From: Eledone cirrhosa | Lineage: Eukaryota | DNA: 64,000 nt | Assembly (NCBI GenBank): GCA_964016885.1 | Contig: OZ024741.1 | Coordinates: 256,246,001-256,310,000, forward strand | Reading direction: 5' to 3' | Part shown: piece by piece, positions 26,501 through 40,725 of the stretch | How the letters are laid out: every line of letters starts with the position of its first letter | Position numbering within the stretch: position 1 is the stretch's first letter | The notes under the pieces: generated by a model | What the model saw: only the letters and a program-made list of their open reading frames with translations | Databases searched by the model: none | What the model was told of the DNA's origin: nothing | Program-made: the position numbers and the translations under genes

Positions 26501-26682
26501 GCTTACGAGTGTTTCGATTTACGAGTGTTTTGACTTACGCGTGTTTTGACATACGAGTGTTTCGATACGAGTGTTCTGACTTACGAGTGTTCTGACTTAC
26601 GAGTGTTCTGACTTACGAGTGTTCCGACTTTACGAGTGTTTCGGCTCACGAGTGTTTCGGCTTACGAGTGTTTCGACTTACG

Positions 26683-26752
26683 AAAATAACAAATAGACGC
26701 GGTTTCAAATCTCTATGAATTTAAAATTCATTACATTAATCTTTATTTATAC
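26683..26752. repeat. 70-bp element copy 8, subtype C (ATGAATTTAAAATTCAT)
   Basis: Subtype B plus C>A at the palindrome centre. Confidence 0.97.
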
Positions 26753-29103
26753 GTTTCGCTTTACGAGTGTTTCGACTTACGAGTGTTTCGACATACGAGT
26801 GTTTCGACTTCCGAATGTTTTTGCTTACGGGTGTTTCGACTTACGAATGTTTCGGCTTACGAGTGTTTCGGCTTACGTCTGTTCCGACTTAGGAGTGTTT
26901 CGGCTTACGGGTATTTCCGGCTTACGAGTGTTTCGACTTACGAGTGTTTCGACTTTAGAGTGTTTTGACTTACGGTGTTTCGGCTTACGAGTGATTCGAC
27001 TTACGAGTGTTTTGACTTACGGGTGTTTTGACTTACGGGTGTTGTGAATTACCAGTGTTCCGATTTACGAGTGTTTTGACTTACGGTGTTACGGTTTGCG
27101 AGTGTTTCGACTTACGAGTGTTTCGGCTTATGAGTGTTTCGACTTACTAATGTTTTTACTTACGAGTGTTTCGGCGTACGAGTGTTTTGACTTACGAGTG
27201 TTTCGACTTACGAGTGTTTTGACTTACGAATGTTTTGACTTACGGGTGTTTCGGCTTACGAGTGTTTCGACTTACGAGTGTTTCGGCTTGCGAGTGTTTC
27301 GACTTACTAATGTTTTTACTTACGAGTGTTTCGGCGTACGAGTGTTTCGACTTACGAGTGTTTCGACTTACGGGTGTTTTGACTTACGGGTGTTTCGGCT
27401 TACGAGTGTTTCGACTTACGAGTGTTTTGACTTAAGGGTGTTTCGACATACGAGTGTTTCGACTTACGAGTGTTTCGACTTACGAGTGTTTCGGATTACG
27501 AGTGTTTTGACTTCAGGGTGTTACGATACGAGTGTTTCGACTTACGAGTGTTCTGACTTTCGAGTATTCTGATTTACGGATGTTTCGACACACGAGTGTT
27601 TCGAATTACGAGTGTTTCGACTTACGAGTGCTTTGACTTACGGGTGTTTTGACATACGAGTGTTTCGACACGAGTGTTTCGACTTATGAGTGTTTCGACT
27701 TACGAGTGTTCTGACTTACGAGTGTTCTGACTTACGAGTGTTCTGATTTACGGATGTTTCGACACACGAGTGTTTCGATACGAGTGTTTCGACTTACGAG
27801 TGTTTCGACTTATGAGTGTTTCGACTTACGAGTGTTCTGACTTACGAGTGTTCTGACTTACGAGTGTTCCGACTTACGAGTGTTTAGGTTTACGAGTGTT
27901 TCGACATACGAGTGTTTTGACTTACGGGTGTTTCGACTTACGGGTGTTTCGACTTACGAGTGTTTTGGCTTACGAGTGTTTCGACTTACTAATGTTTTTA
28001 CTTACCAGTGTTTCGGTGTACGAATGTTTTGACTTAAGGATGTTTCGACTTACGAGTGTTTCGACTTACGAGTGTTTCGGCTTACGTGAGTTTCGACTTA
28101 AGAGTGTTCTGATTTACGAGTGTTCTGACTTACGAGTGTTTCGGCTTATGAGTGTTTCGACTTACGAGTGTTTCGGCTTACGAGTGTTTCGACTTATGGG
28201 TGTTTCGACTTACGAGTGTTTTTACTTACGGTGTTTCGGCTTACGAGTGTTTCGACATACGAGTGTTTTGACTTACGGGTGTTTCGGCTTACGAGTGTTT
28301 CGACTTACGAGTGTTTCGGCTTACGAGTGTTTCGACTTACTAATGTTTTTACTTACGAGTGTTTCGGCGTACGAGAGTTTTGACTTACGAGTGTTTCGAC
28401 TTACGAGTGTTTTGACTTACGAATGTTTTGACTTACGGGTGTTTCGGCTTATGAGTGTTTCGACTTACGAGTGTTTCGGCTTACGAGTGTTTCGACTTAC
28501 TAATGTTTTTACTTACGAGTGTTTCGGCGTACGAGTGTTTCGACTTACGAGTGTTTCGACTTACGGGTGTTTTGACTTACGGGTGTTTCGACTTACGAGT
28601 ATTTTTGGCTTACGAGTGTTTCGACTTACGAGTGTTTTGACTTACGAGTGTTCTGATTTACGGATGTTTCGACATACGAGTGTTTCGACATACGAGTGTT
28701 TCGACTTATGAGTGTTTCGACTTACGAGTGTTTCGGCTTACGAGTGTTTCGACTTACGAGTGTTTTGACTTACGGTGTTTCGGCTTACGAGTGTTTCGAC
28801 TTACGAGTGTTTTGACTTACGGGTGTTTTGACATACGAGTGTTTCGACTTACGAGTATTTTTGGCTTACGAGTGTTTCGACTTACGAGTGTTTTGACTTA
28901 CGAGTGTTCTGATTTACGGATGTTTCGACATACGAGTGTTTCGACATACGAGTGTTTCGACTTATGAGTGTTTCGACTTACGAGTGTTTCGGCTTACGAG
29001 TGTTTCGACTTACGAGTGTTTTGACTTACGGTGTTTCGGCTTACGAGTGTTTCGACTTACGAGTGTTTTGACTTACGGGTGTTTTGACATACGAGTGTTT
29101 CGA

Positions 29104-32100
29104 TACGAGTGTTCTGACTTACGAGTGTTCCGACTTACGAGTGTTCCGACTTACGAGTGTTTCGGCTTACGAGTGTTTCCGGCTTACGAGTGTTTCGACT
29201 TCCGAGTGTTTTGACTTACGGGTGATTTGACTTACGGGTGTTGTGAATTACGAGTGTTCCGATTTACGCGTGTTTTGACTTACGGTGTTTCGGCTTACGA
29301 GTGATTCGACTTACGAATGTTTTGAGTTACGGGTGTTTCGGCTTGCGAGTGTTTCGACTTACGAGTGTTTCGGCTTATGGGTGTTTCGACTTACTAATGT
29401 TTTTACTTACGAGTGTTTCGGCGTACGAGTGTTTCGACTTACGAGTGTTTCGACTTACGAGTGTTTCGGCTTACGTGAGTTTCGACTTACTAATGTTTTT
29501 ACTTACGAGTGTTTCGGCGTACGAGTGTTTCGACTTACGAGTGTTTCGACTTACGGGTGTTTTGACTTACGGGTGTTTCGGCTTACGAGTGTTTCGACTT
29601 ACGAGTGTTTTGACTTACGGGTGTTTCGACTTACGAGTATTTTTGGCTTACGAGTGTTTCGACTTACGAGTGTTTTGACTTACGAGTGTTCTGATTTACG
29701 GATGTTTCGACATACGAGTGTTTCGACATACGAGTGTTTCGACTTATGAGTGTTTCGACTTACGAGTGTTTCGGCTTACGAGTGTTTCGACTTACGAGTG
29801 TTTTGACTTACGGTGTTTCGGCTTACGAGTGTTTCGACTTACGAGTGTTTTGACTTACGGGTGTTTTGACATACGAGTGTTTCGATACGAGTGTTCTGAC
29901 TTACGAGTGTTCTGACTTACGAGTGTTTTGACTTACGAGTGTTCTGACTTACGAGTGTTCCGACTTACGAGTGTTCCGACTTACGAGTGTTTCGGCTTAC
30001 GAGTGTTTCCGGCTTACGAGTGTTTCGACTTCCGAGTGTTTTGACTTACGGGTGATTTGACTTACGGGTGTTGTGAATTACGAGTGTTCCGATTTACGAG
30101 TGTTTTGACTTACGGTGTTTCGGCTTACGAGTGATTCGACTTACGAATGTTTTGAGTTACGGGTGTTTCGGCTTGCGAGTGTTTCGACTTACGAGTGTTT
30201 CGGCTTATGGGTGTTTCGACTTACTAATGTTTTTACTTACGAGTGTTTCGGCGTACGAGTGTTTCGACTTACGAGTGTTTCGACTTACGAGTGTTTCGGC
30301 TTACGTGAGTTTCGACTTAAGAGTGTTCTGATTTACGAGTGTTCTGACTTGCGGGTGTTCTGATTTACGAGTGTTCCGACTTACGAGTGCTTCGGCTTAT
30401 TAGTGTTTCGACTTACGAGTGTTTCGGCTTACGAGTGTTTCGACTTATGGGTGTTTCGACTTACGAGTGTTTTTACTTACGGTGTTTCGGCTTACGAGTG
30501 TTTCGACATACGAGTGTTTTGACTTACGGGTGTTTCGACTTACGAGTGTTTTGACTTACGAATGTTTTGACTTACGGGTGTTTCGGCTTACGAGTGTTTC
30601 GACTTACGAGTGTTTCGGCTTACGAGTGTTTCGACTTACTAATGTTCTTACTTACGAGTGTTTCGGCGTACGAGAGTTTTGACTTACGAGTGTTTCGACT
30701 TACGAGTGTTTCGACTTACGAGTGTTTCGACTTACGAGTGTTTCGGATTACGAGTGTTTTGACTTCAGGGTGTTTCGATACGAGTGTTTTGACTTACGAG
30801 TGTTCTGACTTACGAGTGTTCCGACTTACGAGTGTTCCGACTTACGAGTGTTTCGGCTTACGAGTGTTTCCGGCTTACGAGTGTTTCGACTTCCGAGTGT
30901 TTTGACTTACGGGTGATTTGACTTACGGGTGTTGTGAATTACGAGTGTTCCGATTTACGAGTGTTTTGACTTACGGTGTTTCGGCTTACGAGTGATTCGA
31001 CTTACGAATGTTTTGAGTTACGGGTGTTTCGGCTTGCGAGTGTTTCGACTTACGAGTGTTTCGGCTTATGGGTGTTTCGACTTACTAATGTTTTTACTTA
31101 CGAGTGTTTCGGCGTACGAGTGTTTCGACTTACGAGTGTTTCGACTTACGAGTGTTTCGGCTTACGTGAGTTTCGACTTACTAATGTTTTTACTTACGAG
31201 TGTTTCGGCGTACGAGTGTTTCGACTTACGAGTGTTTCGACTTACGGGTGTTTTGACTTACGGGTGTTTCGGCTTACGAGTGTTTCGACTTACGAGTGTT
31301 TTGACTTACGGGTGTTTCGACTTACGAGTATTTTTGGCTTACGAGTGTTTCGACTTACGAGTGTTTTGACTTACGAGTGTTCTGATTTACGGATGTTTCG
31401 ACATACGAGTGTTTCGACATACGAGTGTTTCGACTTATGAGTGTTTCGACTTACGAGTGTTTCGGCTTACGAGTGTTTCGACTTACGAGTGTTTTGACTT
31501 ACGGTGTTTCGGCTTACGAGTGTTTCGACTTACGAGTGTTTTGACTTACGGGTGTTTTGACATACGAGTGTTTCGATACGAGTGTTCTGACTTACGAGTG
31601 TTCTGACTTACGAGTGTTTTGACTTACGAGTGTTCTGACTTACGAGTGTTCCGACTTACGAGTGTTCCGACTTACGAGTGTTTCGGCTTACGAGTGTTTC
31701 CGGCTTACGAGTGTTTCGACTTCCGAGTGTTTTGACTTACGGGTGATTTGACTTACGGGTGTTGTGAATTACGAGTGTTCCGATTTACGAGTGTTTTGAC
31801 TTACGGTGTTTCGGCTTACGAGTGATTCGACTTACGAATGTTTTGAGTTACGGGTGTTTCGGCTTGCGAGTGTTTCGACTTACGAGTGTTTCGGCTTATG
31901 GGTGTTTCGACTTACTAATGTTTTTACTTACGAGTGTTTCGGCGTACGAGTGTTTCGACTTACGAGTGTTTCGACTTACGAGTGTTTCGGCTTACGTGAG
32001 TTTCGACTTAAGAGTGTTCTGATTTACGAGTGTTCTGACTTGCGGGTGTTCTGATTTACGAGTGTTCCGACTTACGAGTGCTTCGGCTTATTAGTGTTTC

Positions 32101-32480
32101 GACTTACGAGTGTTTCGGCTTACGAGTGTTTCGACTTATGGGTGTTTCGACTTACGAGTGTTTTTACTTACGGTGTTTCGGCTTACGAGTGTTTCGACAT
32201 ACGAGTGTTTTGACTTACGGGTGTTTCGACTTACGAGTGTTTTGACTTACGAATGTTTTGACTTACGGGTGTTTCGGCTTACGAGTGTTTCGACTTACGA
32301 GTGTTTCGGCTTACGAGTGTTTCGACTTACTAATGTTCTTACTTACGAGTGTTTCGGCGTACGAGAGTTTTGACTTACGAGTGTTTCGACTTACGAGTGT
32401 TTCGACTTACGAGTGTTTCGACTTACGAGTGTTTCGGATTACGAGTGTTTTGACTTCAGGGTGTTTCGATACGAGTGTTT
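29104..32480 (+). repeat. Nested tandem duplication, 1691-bp unit, within first 8245-bp copy
   Basis: Offsets 29285>30976, 29718>31409, 30419>32110. Confidence 0.92.
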
Positions 32481-34927
32481 CGACTTACGAGTGTTCTGAC
32501 TTTCGAGTATTCTGATTTACGGATGTTTCGACACACGAGTGTTTCGAATTACGAGTGTTTCGACTTACGAGTGTTTTGACTTACGGGTGTTTTGACATAC
32601 GAGTGTTTCGACACGAGTGTTTCGACTTATGAGTGTTTCGACTTACGAGTGTTCTGACTTACGAGTGTTCTGACTTACGAGTGTTCTGATTTACGGATGT
32701 TTCGACACACGAGTGTTTCGATACGAGTGTTTCGACTTACGAGTGTTTCGACTTATGAGTGTTTCGACTTACGAGTGTTCTGACTTACGAGTGTTCTGAC
32801 TTACGAGTGTTCCGACTTACGAGTGTTTCGGTTTACGAGTGTTTCGACATACGAGTGTTTTGACTTACGGGTGTTTCGACTTACGGGTGTTTCGACTTAC
32901 GAGTGTTTTGGCTTACGAGTGTTTCGACTTACTAATGTTTTTACTTACCAGTGTTTCGGTGTACGAATGTTTTGACTTAAGGATGTTTCGACTTACGAGT
33001 GTTTCGGCTTACGTGAGTTTCGACTTAAGAGTGTTCTGATTTACGAGTGTTCTGACTTACGAGTGTTTCGGCTTATGAGTGTTTCGACTTACGAGTGTTT
33101 CGGCTTACGAGTGTTTCGACTTATGGGTGTTTCGACTTACGAGTGTTTTTACTTACGGTGTTTCGGCTTAAGAGTGTTTCGACATACGAGTGTTTTGACT
33201 TACGGGTGTTTCGGCTTACGAGTGTTTCGACTTACGAGTGTTTCGGCTTACGAGTGTTTCGACTTACTAATGTTTTTACTTACGAGTGTTTCGGCGTACG
33301 AGAGTTTTGACTTACGAGTGTTTCGACTTACGAGTGTTTTGACTTACGAATGTTTTGACTTACGGGTGTTTCGGCTTATGAGTGTTTCGACTTACGAGTG
33401 TTTCGGCTTACGAGTGTTTCGACTTACTAATGTTTTTACTTACGAGTGTTTCGGCGTACGAGTGTTTCGACTTACGAGTGTTTCGACTTACGGGTGTTTT
33501 GACTTACGGGTGTTTCGGCTTACGAGTGTTTCGACTAACGAGTGTTTTGACTTACGGGTGTTTCGACTTACGAGTATTTTTGGCTTACGAGTGTTTCGAC
33601 TTACGAGTGTTTTGACTTACGAGTGTTCTGATTTACGGATGTTTCGACATACGAGTGTTTCGACATACGAGTGTTTCGACTTATGAGTGTTTCGACTTAC
33701 GAGTGTTTCGGCTTACGAGTGTTTCGACTTACGAGTGTTTTGACTTACGGTGTTTCGGCTTACGAGTGTTTCGACTTACGGGTGTTTTGACTTACGGGTG
33801 TTGTGAATTACGAGTGTTCCGATTTACGAGTGTTTTGACTAACGGTGTTTCGGCTTACGAGTGATTCGACTTACGAATGTTTTGACTTACGGGTGTTTCG
33901 GCTTGCGAGTGTTTCGACTTACGAGTGTTTCGGCTTATGAGTGTTTCGACTTACTAATGTTTTTACTTACGAGTGTTCTGACTTACGAGTGTTCCGACTT
34001 ACGAGTGTTCCGACTTACGAGTGTTTCGGCTTACGAGTGTTTCCGGCTTACGAGTGTTTCGACTTACGAGTGTTTCGACTTACGAGTGTTTTGACTTACG
34101 GTGTTTCGACTTAGGAGTGTTTTGACTTACGAGTGTTTCGGCGTACGAGTGTTTTGACTTACGAGTGTTTCGAATTACGAGTGTTTTGACTTACGAATGT
34201 TTTGACATACGGGTGTTTCGGCTTACGAGTGTTTCGACTTACGAGTGTTTCGGCTTGCGAGTGTTTCGACTTACTAATGTTTTTACTTACGAGTTTTTCG
34301 GCGTACGAGTGTTTCGACATACGAGTGTTTCGACTTACGGGTGTTTTGACTTAAGGGTGTTTCGACTTACAAGTGTTTCGACTTACGAGTGTTTCGACTT
34401 ACGAGTGTTCTGACTTACGAGTGTTCTGATTTACGGATGTTTCGACATACGAGTGTTTCGACTTACGAGTGTTTCGACTTACGAGTGTTTTGACTTACGG
34501 GTGTTTTGACATACGAGTGTTTCGATACGAGTGTTTCGACTTACGAGTGTTCTGACTTACGAGTGTTCTGACTTACGAGTGTTCTGACTTACGAGTGTTC
34601 TGATTTACGAGTGTTCCGACTTACGAGTGTTTCGGCTTACGAGTGTTTCGGCTTACGAGTGTTTCGACTTACGAGTGTTTCGACTTACGAGTGTTCCGAC
34701 TTACGGGTGTTTCGACTTACGAGTGGTTTGGCTTACGGTGTTTCGGCTTACGAGTGTTTCGATTTACGAGTGTTTTGACTTACGCGTGTTTTGACATACG
34801 AGTGTTTCGATACGAGTGTTCTGACTTACGAGTGTTCTGACTTACGAGTGTTCTGACTTACGAGTGTTCCGACTTTACGAGTGTTTCGGCTCACGAGTGT
34901 TTCGGCTTACGAGTGTTTCGACTTACG

Positions 34928-34997
34928 AAAATAACAAATAGACGCGGTTTCAAATCTCTATGAATTTAAAATTCATTACATTAATCTTTATTTATAC
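34928..34997. repeat. 70-bp element copy 9, subtype C
   Basis: Matches copy 8; 8245 bp downstream. Confidence 0.97.
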
Positions 34998-37348
34998 GTT
35001 TCGCTTTACGAGTGTTTCGACTTACGAGTGTTTCGACATACGAGTGTTTCGACTTCCGAATGTTTTTGCTTACGGGTGTTTCGACTTACGAATGTTTCGG
35101 CTTACGAGTGTTTCGGCTTACGTCTGTTCCGACTTAGGAGTGTTTCGGCTTACGGGTATTTCCGGCTTACGAGTGTTTCGACTTACGAGTGTTTCGACTT
35201 TAGAGTGTTTTGACTTACGGTGTTTCGGCTTACGAGTGATTCGACTTACGAGTGTTTTGACTTACGGGTGTTTTGACTTACGGGTGTTGTGAATTACCAG
35301 TGTTCCGATTTACGAGTGTTTTGACTTACGGTGTTACGGTTTGCGAGTGTTTCGACTTACGAGTGTTTCGGCTTATGAGTGTTTCGACTTACTAATGTTT
35401 TTACTTACGAGTGTTTCGGCGTACGAGTGTTTTGACTTACGAGTGTTTCGACTTACGAGTGTTTTGACTTACGAATGTTTTGACTTACGGGTGTTTCGGC
35501 TTACGAGTGTTTCGACTTACGAGTGTTTCGGCTTGCGAGTGTTTCGACTTACTAATGTTTTTACTTACGAGTGTTTCGGCGTACGAGTGTTTCGACTTAC
35601 GAGTGTTTCGACTTACGGGTGTTTTGACTTACGGGTGTTTCGGCTTACGAGTGTTTCGACTTACGAGTGTTTTGACTTAAGGGTGTTTCGACATACGAGT
35701 GTTTCGACTTACGAGTGTTTCGACTTACGAGTGTTTCGGATTACGAGTGTTTTGACTTCAGGGTGTTACGATACGAGTGTTTCGACTTACGAGTGTTCTG
35801 ACTTTCGAGTATTCTGATTTACGGATGTTTCGACACACGAGTGTTTCGAATTACGAGTGTTTCGACTTACGAGTGCTTTGACTTACGGGTGTTTTGACAT
35901 ACGAGTGTTTCGACACGAGTGTTTCGACTTATGAGTGTTTCGACTTACGAGTGTTCTGACTTACGAGTGTTCTGACTTACGAGTGTTCTGATTTACGGAT
36001 GTTTCGACACACGAGTGTTTCGATACGAGTGTTTCGACTTACGAGTGTTTCGACTTATGAGTGTTTCGACTTACGAGTGTTCTGACTTACGAGTGTTCTG
36101 ACTTACGAGTGTTCCGACTTACGAGTGTTTAGGTTTACGAGTGTTTCGACATACGAGTGTTTTGACTTACGGGTGTTTCGACTTACGGGTGTTTCGACTT
36201 ACGAGTGTTTTGGCTTACGAGTGTTTCGACTTACTAATGTTTTTACTTACCAGTGTTTCGGTGTACGAATGTTTTGACTTAAGGATGTTTCGACTTACGA
36301 GTGTTTCGACTTACGAGTGTTTCGGCTTACGTGAGTTTCGACTTAAGAGTGTTCTGATTTACGAGTGTTCTGACTTACGAGTGTTTCGGCTTATGAGTGT
36401 TTCGACTTACGAGTGTTTCGGCTTACGAGTGTTTCGACTTATGGGTGTTTCGACTTACGAGTGTTTTTACTTACGGTGTTTCGGCTTACGAGTGTTTCGA
36501 CATACGAGTGTTTTGACTTACGGGTGTTTCGGCTTACGAGTGTTTCGACTTACGAGTGTTTCGGCTTACGAGTGTTTCGACTTACTAATGTTTTTACTTA
36601 CGAGTGTTTCGGCGTACGAGAGTTTTGACTTACGAGTGTTTCGACTTACGAGTGTTTTGACTTACGAATGTTTTGACTTACGGGTGTTTCGGCTTATGAG
36701 TGTTTCGACTTACGAGTGTTTCGGCTTACGAGTGTTTCGACTTACTAATGTTTTTACTTACGAGTGTTTCGGCGTACGAGTGTTTCGACTTACGAGTGTT
36801 TCGACTTACGGGTGTTTTGACTTACGGGTGTTTCGACTTACGAGTATTTTTGGCTTACGAGTGTTTCGACTTACGAGTGTTTTGACTTACGAGTGTTCTG
36901 ATTTACGGATGTTTCGACATACGAGTGTTTCGACATACGAGTGTTTCGACTTATGAGTGTTTCGACTTACGAGTGTTTCGGCTTACGAGTGTTTCGACTT
37001 ACGAGTGTTTTGACTTACGGTGTTTCGGCTTACGAGTGTTTCGACTTACGAGTGTTTTGACTTACGGGTGTTTTGACATACGAGTGTTTCGACTTACGAG
37101 TATTTTTGGCTTACGAGTGTTTCGACTTACGAGTGTTTTGACTTACGAGTGTTCTGATTTACGGATGTTTCGACATACGAGTGTTTCGACATACGAGTGT
37201 TTCGACTTATGAGTGTTTCGACTTACGAGTGTTTCGGCTTACGAGTGTTTCGACTTACGAGTGTTTTGACTTACGGTGTTTCGGCTTACGAGTGTTTCGA
37301 CTTACGAGTGTTTTGACTTACGGGTGTTTTGACATACGAGTGTTTCGA

Positions 37349-40300
37349 TACGAGTGTTCTGACTTACGAGTGTTCCGACTTACGAGTGTTCCGACTTACG
37401 AGTGTTTCGGCTTACGAGTGTTTCCGGCTTACGAGTGTTTCGACTTCCGAGTGTTTTGACTTACGGGTGATTTGACTTACGGGTGTTGTGAATTACGAGT
37501 GTTCCGATTTACGCGTGTTTTGACTTACGGTGTTTCGGCTTACGAGTGATTCGACTTACGAATGTTTTGAGTTACGGGTGTTTCGGCTTGCGAGTGTTTC
37601 GACTTACGAGTGTTTCGGCTTATGGGTGTTTCGACTTACTAATGTTTTTACTTACGAGTGTTTCGGCGTACGAGTGTTTCGACTTACGAGTGTTTCGACT
37701 TACGAGTGTTTCGGCTTACGTGAGTTTCGACTTACTAATGTTTTTACTTACGAGTGTTTCGGCGTACGAGTGTTTCGACTTACGAGTGTTTCGACTTACG
37801 GGTGTTTTGACTTACGGGTGTTTCGGCTTACGAGTGTTTCGACTTACGAGTGTTTTGACTTACGGGTGTTTCGACTTACGAGTATTTTTGGCTTACGAGT
37901 GTTTCGACTTACGAGTGTTTTGACTTACGAGTGTTCTGATTTACGGATGTTTCGACATACGAGTGTTTCGACATACGAGTGTTTCGACTTATGAGTGTTT
38001 CGACTTACGAGTGTTTCGGCTTACGAGTGTTTCGACTTACGAGTGTTTTGACTTACGGTGTTTCGGCTTACGAGTGTTTCGACTTACGAGTGTTTTGACT
38101 TACGGGTGTTTTGACATACGAGTGTTTCGATACGAGTGTTCTGACTTACGAGTGTTCTGACTTACGAGTGTTTTGACTTACGAGTGTTCTGACTTACGAG
38201 TGTTCCGACTTACGAGTGTTCCGACTTACGAGTGTTTCGGCTTACGAGTGTTTCCGGCTTACGAGTGTTTCGACTTCCGAGTGTTTTGACTTACGGGTGA
38301 TTTGACTTACGGGTGTTGTGAATTACGAGTGTTCCGATTTACGAGTGTTTTGACTTACGGTGTTTCGGCTTACGAGTGATTCGACTTACGAATGTTTTGA
38401 GTTACGGGTGTTTCGGCTTGCGAGTGTTTCGACTTACGAGTGTTTCGGCTTATGGGTGTTTCGACTTACTAATGTTTTTACTTACGAGTGTTTCGGCGTA
38501 CGAGTGTTTCGACTTACGAGTGTTTCGACTTACGAGTGTTTCGGCTTACGTGAGTTTCGACTTAAGAGTGTTCTGATTTACGAGTGTTCTGACTTGCGGG
38601 TGTTCTGATTTACGAGTGTTCCGACTTACGAGTGCTTCGGCTTATTAGTGTTTCGACTTACGAGTGTTTCGGCTTACGAGTGTTTCGACTTATGGGTGTT
38701 TCGACTTACGAGTGTTTTTACTTACGGTGTTTCGGCTTACGAGTGTTTCGACATACGAGTGTTTTGACTTACGGGTGTTTCGACTTACGAGTGTTTTGAC
38801 TTACGAATGTTTTGACTTACGGGTGTTTCGGCTTACGAGTGTTTCGACTTACGAGTGTTTCGGCTTACGAGTGTTTCGACTTACTAATGTTCTTACTTAC
38901 GAGTGTTTCGGCGTACGAGAGTTTTGACTTACGAGTGTTTCGACTTACGAGTGTTTCGACTTACGAGTGTTTCGACTTACGAGTGTTTCGGATTACGAGT
39001 GTTTTGACTTCAGGGTGTTTCGATACGAGTGTTTTGACTTACGAGTGTTCTGACTTACGAGTGTTCCGACTTACGAGTGTTCCGACTTACGAGTGTTTCG
39101 GCTTACGAGTGTTTCCGGCTTACGAGTGTTTCGACTTCCGAGTGTTTTGACTTACGGGTGATTTGACTTACGGGTGTTGTGAATTACGAGTGTTCCGATT
39201 TACGAGTGTTTTGACTTACGGTGTTTCGGCTTACGAGTGATTCGACTTACGAATGTTTTGAGTTACGGGTGTTTCGGCTTGCGAGTGTTTCGACTTACGA
39301 GTGTTTCGGCTTATGGGTGTTTCGACTTACTAATGTTTTTACTTACGAGTGTTTCGGCGTACGAGTGTTTCGACTTACGAGTGTTTCGACTTACGAGTGT
39401 TTCGGCTTACGTGAGTTTCGACTTACTAATGTTTTTACTTACGAGTGTTTCGGCGTACGAGTGTTTCGACTTACGAGTGTTTCGACTTACGGGTGTTTTG
39501 ACTTACGGGTGTTTCGGCTTACGAGTGTTTCGACTTACGAGTGTTTTGACTTACGGGTGTTTCGACTTACGAGTATTTTTGGCTTACGAGTGTTTCGACT
39601 TACGAGTGTTTTGACTTACGAGTGTTCTGATTTACGGATGTTTCGACATACGAGTGTTTCGACATACGAGTGTTTCGACTTATGAGTGTTTCGACTTACG
39701 AGTGTTTCGGCTTACGAGTGTTTCGACTTACGAGTGTTTTGACTTACGGTGTTTCGGCTTACGAGTGTTTCGACTTACGAGTGTTTTGACTTACGGGTGT
39801 TTTGACATACGAGTGTTTCGATACGAGTGTTCTGACTTACGAGTGTTCTGACTTACGAGTGTTTTGACTTACGAGTGTTCTGACTTACGAGTGTTCCGAC
39901 TTACGAGTGTTCCGACTTACGAGTGTTTCGGCTTACGAGTGTTTCCGGCTTACGAGTGTTTCGACTTCCGAGTGTTTTGACTTACGGGTGATTTGACTTA
40001 CGGGTGTTGTGAATTACGAGTGTTCCGATTTACGAGTGTTTTGACTTACGGTGTTTCGGCTTACGAGTGATTCGACTTACGAATGTTTTGAGTTACGGGT
40101 GTTTCGGCTTGCGAGTGTTTCGACTTACGAGTGTTTCGGCTTATGGGTGTTTCGACTTACTAATGTTTTTACTTACGAGTGTTTCGGCGTACGAGTGTTT
40201 CGACTTACGAGTGTTTCGACTTACGAGTGTTTCGGCTTACGTGAGTTTCGACTTAAGAGTGTTCTGATTTACGAGTGTTCTGACTTGCGGGTGTTCTGAT

Positions 40301-40725
40301 TTACGAGTGTTCCGACTTACGAGTGCTTCGGCTTATTAGTGTTTCGACTTACGAGTGTTTCGGCTTACGAGTGTTTCGACTTATGGGTGTTTCGACTTAC
40401 GAGTGTTTTTACTTACGGTGTTTCGGCTTACGAGTGTTTCGACATACGAGTGTTTTGACTTACGGGTGTTTCGACTTACGAGTGTTTTGACTTACGAATG
40501 TTTTGACTTACGGGTGTTTCGGCTTACGAGTGTTTCGACTTACGAGTGTTTCGGCTTACGAGTGTTTCGACTTACTAATGTTCTTACTTACGAGTGTTTC
40601 GGCGTACGAGAGTTTTGACTTACGAGTGTTTCGACTTACGAGTGTTTCGACTTACGAGTGTTTCGACTTACGAGTGTTTCGGATTACGAGTGTTTTGACT
40701 TCAGGGTGTTTCGATACGAGTGTTT
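37349..40725 (+). repeat. Nested tandem duplication, 1691-bp unit, within second 8245-bp copy
   Basis: Offsets 37530>39221, 37963>39654, 38664>40355. Confidence 0.92.
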